Notes under the pieces: model-generated
Told to the model about the DNA's origin: nothing
Seen by the model: the letters and a program-made list of their open reading frames with translations, nothing else
Database searches by the model: none
Shown here: in pieces, positions 59,686 through 64,000 of the stretch
Layout: each line of letters opens with the position of its first letter
How positions within the stretch are numbered: the stretch's first letter is position 1
Virus record (IMG/VR): IMGVR_UViG_3300020531_000001
Span: 1-64,000 of that record
DNA length: 64,000 nt
Source of the DNA: an uncultured virus (IMG/VR IMGVR_UViG_3300020531_000001)
Taxonomy: Duplodnaviria; Heunggongvirae; Uroviricota; Caudoviricetes
Strand: one strand, 5' to 3'
Made by a program: the position numbers and the translations under genes

Positions 59686-60561
59686 ATGAAAATAACAGAT
59701 CTATTAAACGAAGAAGTCGTAAGCGTAATCGGTGAAGAATCACTAGTTGCAATTCAAGAAGCTTTTGAAAAGAAAGTTGAATTAACAACCGAAGCAGCGC
59801 TTATATCACAAGACGAAGTTTATGCTGAAAAACTTGATCAACTTATTCAAGCAATTGATAAAGATCATAGTACAAAGATGAAGAGAGTTGTAGAAGCTGT
59901 TGATGCTGACAGAACTCAAAAACTTCTTAAAGTTGTCAACAAATACGAAAGAGCGTTGAACGAAGATTCAGCTACTTTCAAAAAGCAAATGGTAGGTGCA
60001 GTTAGTGCATATCTTGATGAGTTTTTAGAAGAATCAATTTCAAAAGAAGATTTAGCAACTGCTGTTAAAAACAAAAGCGCATATAATGTTTTAGAAAAAC
60101 TTCGCGGTGTTTTAGCTGTTGATTCAGTATTAATGAAAGAGTCTGTTCAAGAAGCTGTTCTTGACGGCAAGACTCAAATTGATAATCTTCAATCTGAAAA
60201 TTCAGAATTGAAAAAGCAACTTTCATCATTGCAAGAAAGCTTCAACAATATTAGAGTCAATGCTTTAATTGAAGAGAAAATTTCCAATATGGAAACTGAG
60301 AAAAAGTCTTTCATAAGAAAGACTCTCAAAGACAAATCATTCGATTTCGTTAATGAAAATTTTGATTATGTTTCTCGTCTTTTTGATAAAAAAGAAAAAG
60401 AAAAAATCAAATCAATCACCGAAGAAGCAAAACAAAAGAAAATGGATGTAGATTTCATTCCAGAATATCAGAAAGTTGTTTCAGAAAGTGTAAATAATAC
60501 AACCGATGATTCATACAACAGCTATGTTGAAGAATTATCAAAAGTTTTCGGTAAGAGATAA
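59686..60561 (+). CDS. gp22: prohead scaffolding protein (gp22)
   Basis: Acidic coiled coil, I.EAFE, V.AYLD; position between gp21 and gp23. Confidence 0.8.
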   Translation: MKITDLLNEEVVSVIGEESLVAIQEAFEKKVELTTEAALISQDEVYAEKLDQLIQAIDKDHSTKMKRVVEAVDADRTQKLLKVVNKYERALNEDSATFKKQMVGAVSAYLDEFLEESISKEDLATAVKNKSAYNVLEKLRGVLAVDSVLMKESVQEAVLDGKTQIDNLQSENSELKKQLSSLQESFNNIRVNALIEEKISNMETEKKSFIRKTLKDKSFDFVNENFDYVSRLFDKKEKEKIKSITEEAKQKKMDVDFIPEYQKVVSESVNNTTDDSYNSYVEELSKVFGKR

Positions 60562-60625
60562 TTTTCACCAAGAACCATGAGGTCTTATGACCTGAATATA
60601 GAAACAGAAAATATACGTAAAACAT

Positions 60626-62077
60626 ATGAAACCTAATTCCCCAGTTAACGAAAGCAGAACTGACGCTCTTGTAAAGAAGTGGTCAAAGGTTCTGGATTAT
60701 AGCAGCAATGCTATCCCAGCAATCCGCGACGAGCACACTTACAGAACTACAGCTATGCTTCTCGAAAACCAAGAACAATGGTGCATCCAAGAAGCGAATA
60801 CTGGTACTGGTATCTTTGGCGCTACTGGCGCTCAAGGCCCATCAACCATTCCTAACACTGACGGTTATGCCGCTGGTGATAGTCGCCTTCCAAAGATTCT
60901 CATTCCTATGATCCGCCGTACTTTTCCTGAGTTGATTTCCAACGAAATTGTTGGTGTTCAGCCAATGGGTGGTCCAGTTGGACTTGCTTTCGCCCTTCGT
61001 TATGCCTATCAGCAAGAGACTCTCGGTGCTGATGGTGTCGATGGTCGTGCATTTGATACTGCTAACCGCGCTAATGGCACTGCTTACCTTTCTGGTGCAG
61101 ACGGCCTGAACGCTACCGAACTTGGTTATCAACTTCTTGACACACGATTCACAGGTACTTCTTCAAGTGCTCTCTCTGGTAACGGAGAGTGGACATTTGC
61201 AGATGCAGACCGTGGTGTTGCAGAACTTCTTTCAAACTACGAACTGACAGGTAAAATCCCTCAGATCGAGATGAAGTTCGAAAAGACCGCTGTCGAAGCT
61301 GGAACTCGCAGACTTGCTACTCGCTGGTCTGTTGAGCTTGAGCAAGACCTTAAGAACATGCAAGGTATCGATATCGACGGTGAACTCACTAATGCTATGT
61401 CATATGAGATTCAAGCCGAAATCGACCGTGAGGTTGTGATTCGTATGATTCAGTCCGCCATGAATGGTGGATTCGGGGCTGGTTACTCCTTCTGGAGCCC
61501 AGTAAGTTCAGACGGTCGTTGGACTGCAGAGCGTAATATCACTTTCTATCAAAAGCTACTCATCGAAGCTGGTCGTATGGCCGCTCGTAACCGTAGAGGC
61601 GCTGCTAACTTTGTTATCGCAACTCCTCGCGTTTGCACCATCCTTGAAATGCTTCCTGACTTCAAGACATTTGAAATCACTGGAAACGTTACAACCGCTG
61701 GTGTCGGAGTATCCAAGGTAGGAACTGTAGGAAGCCGCTTCACAGTATATCGTGATACACGTACCGAAGTACAAAATCAAACTCTCTATTCACCGAACTA
61801 CTATCGCAATAGTCCAAATTCTGGACAAGGCGTTGAGTATGCTCTTCTTGGATATAAGGGTTCTGAGTACTACGACACTGGTATCATCTATTGTCCTTAC
61901 ATTCCGATCATGGTTCAAAGAACCATCGGACCAAATGATTTCGCTCCTCGCGTTGGTCTCATGACCCGTTATGGAATCGTTAATAATATCTTTGGTGCGA
62001 ATCTTTATTACCATCTGATCATTGTTAAAGGTCTTGGTGCAGCATTTACTCCTGGTACAGTTTCCACATACTTATAA
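60626..62077 (+). CDS. gp23: major capsid protein (gp23)
   Basis: KW..L, TAMLLENQ, IVGVQPM.GP.GL.FALR, ELEQDLK, EI..EIDRE, YCPYIP, TRYG. Confidence 0.98.
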   Translation: MKPNSPVNESRTDALVKKWSKVLDYSSNAIPAIRDEHTYRTTAMLLENQEQWCIQEANTGTGIFGATGAQGPSTIPNTDGYAAGDSRLPKILIPMIRRTFPELISNEIVGVQPMGGPVGLAFALRYAYQQETLGADGVDGRAFDTANRANGTAYLSGADGLNATELGYQLLDTRFTGTSSSALSGNGEWTFADADRGVAELLSNYELTGKIPQIEMKFEKTAVEAGTRRLATRWSVELEQDLKNMQGIDIDGELTNAMSYEIQAEIDREVVIRMIQSAMNGGFGAGYSFWSPVSSDGRWTAERNITFYQKLLIEAGRMAARNRRGAANFVIATPRVCTILEMLPDFKTFEITGNVTTAGVGVSKVGTVGSRFTVYRDTRTEVQNQTLYSPNYYRNSPNSGQGVEYALLGYKGSEYYDTGIIYCPYIPIMVQRTIGPNDFAPRVGLMTRYGIVNNIFGANLYYHLIIVKGLGAAFTPGTVSTYL

Positions 62078-62115
62078 TGTGAACTGACTGAAGTAAGTAC
62101 TTCAAAAAGTCTATC

Positions 62116-62151
62116 AAACCATGGGGGCCGAAGACCCCATGGTTTCTTTTT
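62116..62151 (+). terminator. intrinsic terminator after gp23
   Basis: AAACCATGGGG...CCCCATGGTTT followed by CTTTTT. Confidence 0.88.
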
Positions 62152-62199
62152 ATATATTTAATAATTGACAATATATTTGGATGTAATATAAATAATTAT

Positions 62200-63750
62200 A
62201 TGGATATAAAAACTATCATTCAAAAAGAATCTGATGAAAAGTACAATGGATCTTTTAGATTTTTCAAAGAACAAAACTTAAAAAAGTTGGTAAGTGAAAA
62301 GGGATTTAAATATATCAAATCTAAAATTTCTGAAGATTTACATTTTCCTATATCTTTAATGGTATATTGTTTTGTGAATGACATATACAAACATCCCACA
62401 TGTGTCTGCGGAAATAAACAAAAATTCAACACTGCTAAAAAAGAATTTTCAAAATATTGTTCTAATAAATGTAGATATGAAAATTTTTCAGATATTATAT
62501 CTGTTAGACAGCAAACAAATTTAAAAAAGTACGGATCTACTAATGTATTAGCCAGTGAATATGGTAAGAAAAAAATATTAGAAACTAACTTATCAAAATA
62601 CGGTGTTTCTAATTACACAAAAACTAAAGAATTTAAAGAAAAAGTTAAAGGTAAAAGTAATTTAACTTCCGATGGTAAGAAAATGTTAATTGAAAAAATA
62701 AAAAGAAAACATTACGATTCCATTTTTACAAAGTATACAAATTTTATTCCATTGTTTAAATTTGAAGAATATGATGGAGTAAAAGGATATAAAAAATATC
62801 CATGGTTTTGTAAAACATGTAACTCTAATTTTATATCATCTTTTGATAATGGTTGTGCTCCTATATGTGATAATTGCAAACCTAAAGGAACAGATTTAGA
62901 AATATTCATTAAGAAGTTTTTGGATAAATATAAAATTGAATATATATTCAGATATAGAAAATTAGAATCTGGAAGAGAAATTGATTTTTACATACCTTCT
63001 AAGAATTTAGGAATAGAAACCAGCGGATTATATTGGCATTCAACTGCAAATAAAACATATTCAAAAAATGATCATATTTCTAAATTAGAAGAATGTGAAC
63101 ATCAAGGAATAAATTTAATAAATATTTTCGCTGATGAAATTTATAACAAACCTAAAATTGTAATTAATAGATTAAAAAGTAAATTAAGTCTTGTAAAAAG
63201 AAAAATACCAGCCAGAAAATGTCAAGTTGGAAAAATTAGTAATATTCAATGTGAACATTTTTTAAAAAAATATCACATACAAGGAAGTATCAAAACAAAT
63301 ATTAAATATGGCTTGTTTTATAAAACTCGTTTAGTTGCAGTTATGACATTTAACAAAGGAAGATTAGCAACTGGTAACAAATCAATAAATGGAATTTTTG
63401 AGCTTGGTAGATATGCAACAATAGCCAATTTTAATATTGTTGGAGGTGCTGGTAAATTATTATCTTTTTTCAAAAATCAACACAGTCCAGAAAAAATTTA
63501 TTCATATGCAGATAGAAGATGGAGCAATGGTAATCTTTATAAAAAATTGAATTTTAAATTAGATAAAGCAACTATTCCTAATTACTGGTATGTGAAAGAT
63601 TTCAAAAACAGACTACATAGATTAAAATTTCAAAAAAATAATTTAAAACATTTTTTAAATTATGATGAACAAAAAACTGAAGAAATGATAATGAAAGAGT
63701 CTAAATTTTATAAAATATGGGATTGTGGATCTTTATTATTCATCTTATAA
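62200..63750 (+). CDS. Hef-like homing endonuclease: Zn ribbons, TNL.KYG repeats, Vsr/PD-(D/E)xK-like nuclease, C-terminal Mom/GNAT-like domain
   Basis: CVCG, YCS.KC, EIDFYIP...GIE..GLYWHS, FL..YHIQG, ELGRYA, GGAGKLL, SYADRRWS; TATAAATA at 62187. Confidence 0.7.
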   Translation: MDIKTIIQKESDEKYNGSFRFFKEQNLKKLVSEKGFKYIKSKISEDLHFPISLMVYCFVNDIYKHPTCVCGNKQKFNTAKKEFSKYCSNKCRYENFSDIISVRQQTNLKKYGSTNVLASEYGKKKILETNLSKYGVSNYTKTKEFKEKVKGKSNLTSDGKKMLIEKIKRKHYDSIFTKYTNFIPLFKFEEYDGVKGYKKYPWFCKTCNSNFISSFDNGCAPICDNCKPKGTDLEIFIKKFLDKYKIEYIFRYRKLESGREIDFYIPSKNLGIETSGLYWHSTANKTYSKNDHISKLEECEHQGINLINIFADEIYNKPKIVINRLKSKLSLVKRKIPARKCQVGKISNIQCEHFLKKYHIQGSIKTNIKYGLFYKTRLVAVMTFNKGRLATGNKSINGIFELGRYATIANFNIVGGAGKLLSFFKNQHSPEKIYSYADRRWSNGNLYKKLNFKLDKATIPNYWYVKDFKNRLHRLKFQKNNLKHFLNYDEQKTEEMIMKESKFYKIWDCGSLLFIL

Positions 63751-63784
63751 TATAAAAATTAAAAACAAATAACTAAATAATATT

Positions 63785-64000
63785 ATGGCTAGTTATACAT
63801 TCGACACGCAAATTTTATCAGCATCACAAGTGGGTATTGGAAATCCAATAGCTCCCGCCGATTCCTTTCCATTAACAGCGGTTGGTGTTGGAATCCTTGC
63901 TCTTTCTTCTACTCACCAAGGGCTCGCTTTTAACTCTCTTCCATTAAGTGCTCAAGTTGTTAGAACTACTGTCAGAGGCAGCGTTTTCAATATAAACAGC
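63785..64000 (+). CDS. 3'-truncated late, probably structural, protein
   Basis: TAAATA at 63774, then ATG 63785 with an open frame to the window end (MASYTFDTQILSASQ...). Confidence 0.7.
   Translation, partial: MASYTFDTQILSASQVGIGNPIAPADSFPLTAVGVGILALSSTHQGLAFNSLPLSAQVVRTTVRGSVFNINS

Noticed and set aside
1..64000. Stop-codon reassignment
   Set aside because: Core genes are full length and coding density is high under the standard code
1..64000. tRNA, rRNA or other structured ncRNA genes
   Set aside because: Intergenic gaps are short and AT-rich and no cloverleaf was recognised by eye; a tRNAscan/Infernal run would be needed to exclude them formally

Overview
An AT-rich 64-kb segment of a large T4-like (myovirus) phage genome, densely coded in the standard code. 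No tRNA, rRNA or CRISPR array was recognised by eye. Layout: (1) 1-2.6 kb, the 3' end of a repeat-rich, Thr/Pro mucin-like protein followed by a DxH-type glycosyltransferase. (2) 4-25 kb, a minus-strand replication/recombination block (primase gp61, clamp gp45, SSB gp32, probable gp59, a degenerate DHH protein, helicase gp41, UvsX, polymerase gp43, gp46/47, late sigma gp55, UvsW, UvsY) with two interspersed glycosyltransferases. (3) 25-30 kb, a candidate origin, small late proteins, a retropepsin-like protease, PhoH and a kinase. (4) 30.4-41.5 kb, an ~11-kb glycan-synthesis island (GT2, 2x GT11, GT17, methyltransferases, RfbH/DdhC-type dehydrase, SDR) interrupted by a GIY-YIG homing endonuclease. 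(5) 41.5-44.7 kb, gp62, a GroES-like protein and a DinG-like helicase. (6) 44.7-64 kb, structural genes (gp15, portal, gp13, gp4, fibre/adhesin genes, gp21, gp22, gp23) and a Hef-like endonuclease. The most striking signals are these. A putative phage-encoded virion O-glycosylation system: mucin-like protein, ppGalNAc-T-like enzyme, glycan island and a recurrent [LIFV]-[ST]-[AGS] motif in virion proteins. Promoters placed 5-7 nt from start codons, implying leaderless mRNAs. A catalytically degenerate DHH protein beside the helicase. An ArfA-like motif in a prohead gene. All protein calls come from motif recognition and synteny; no database searches were run.
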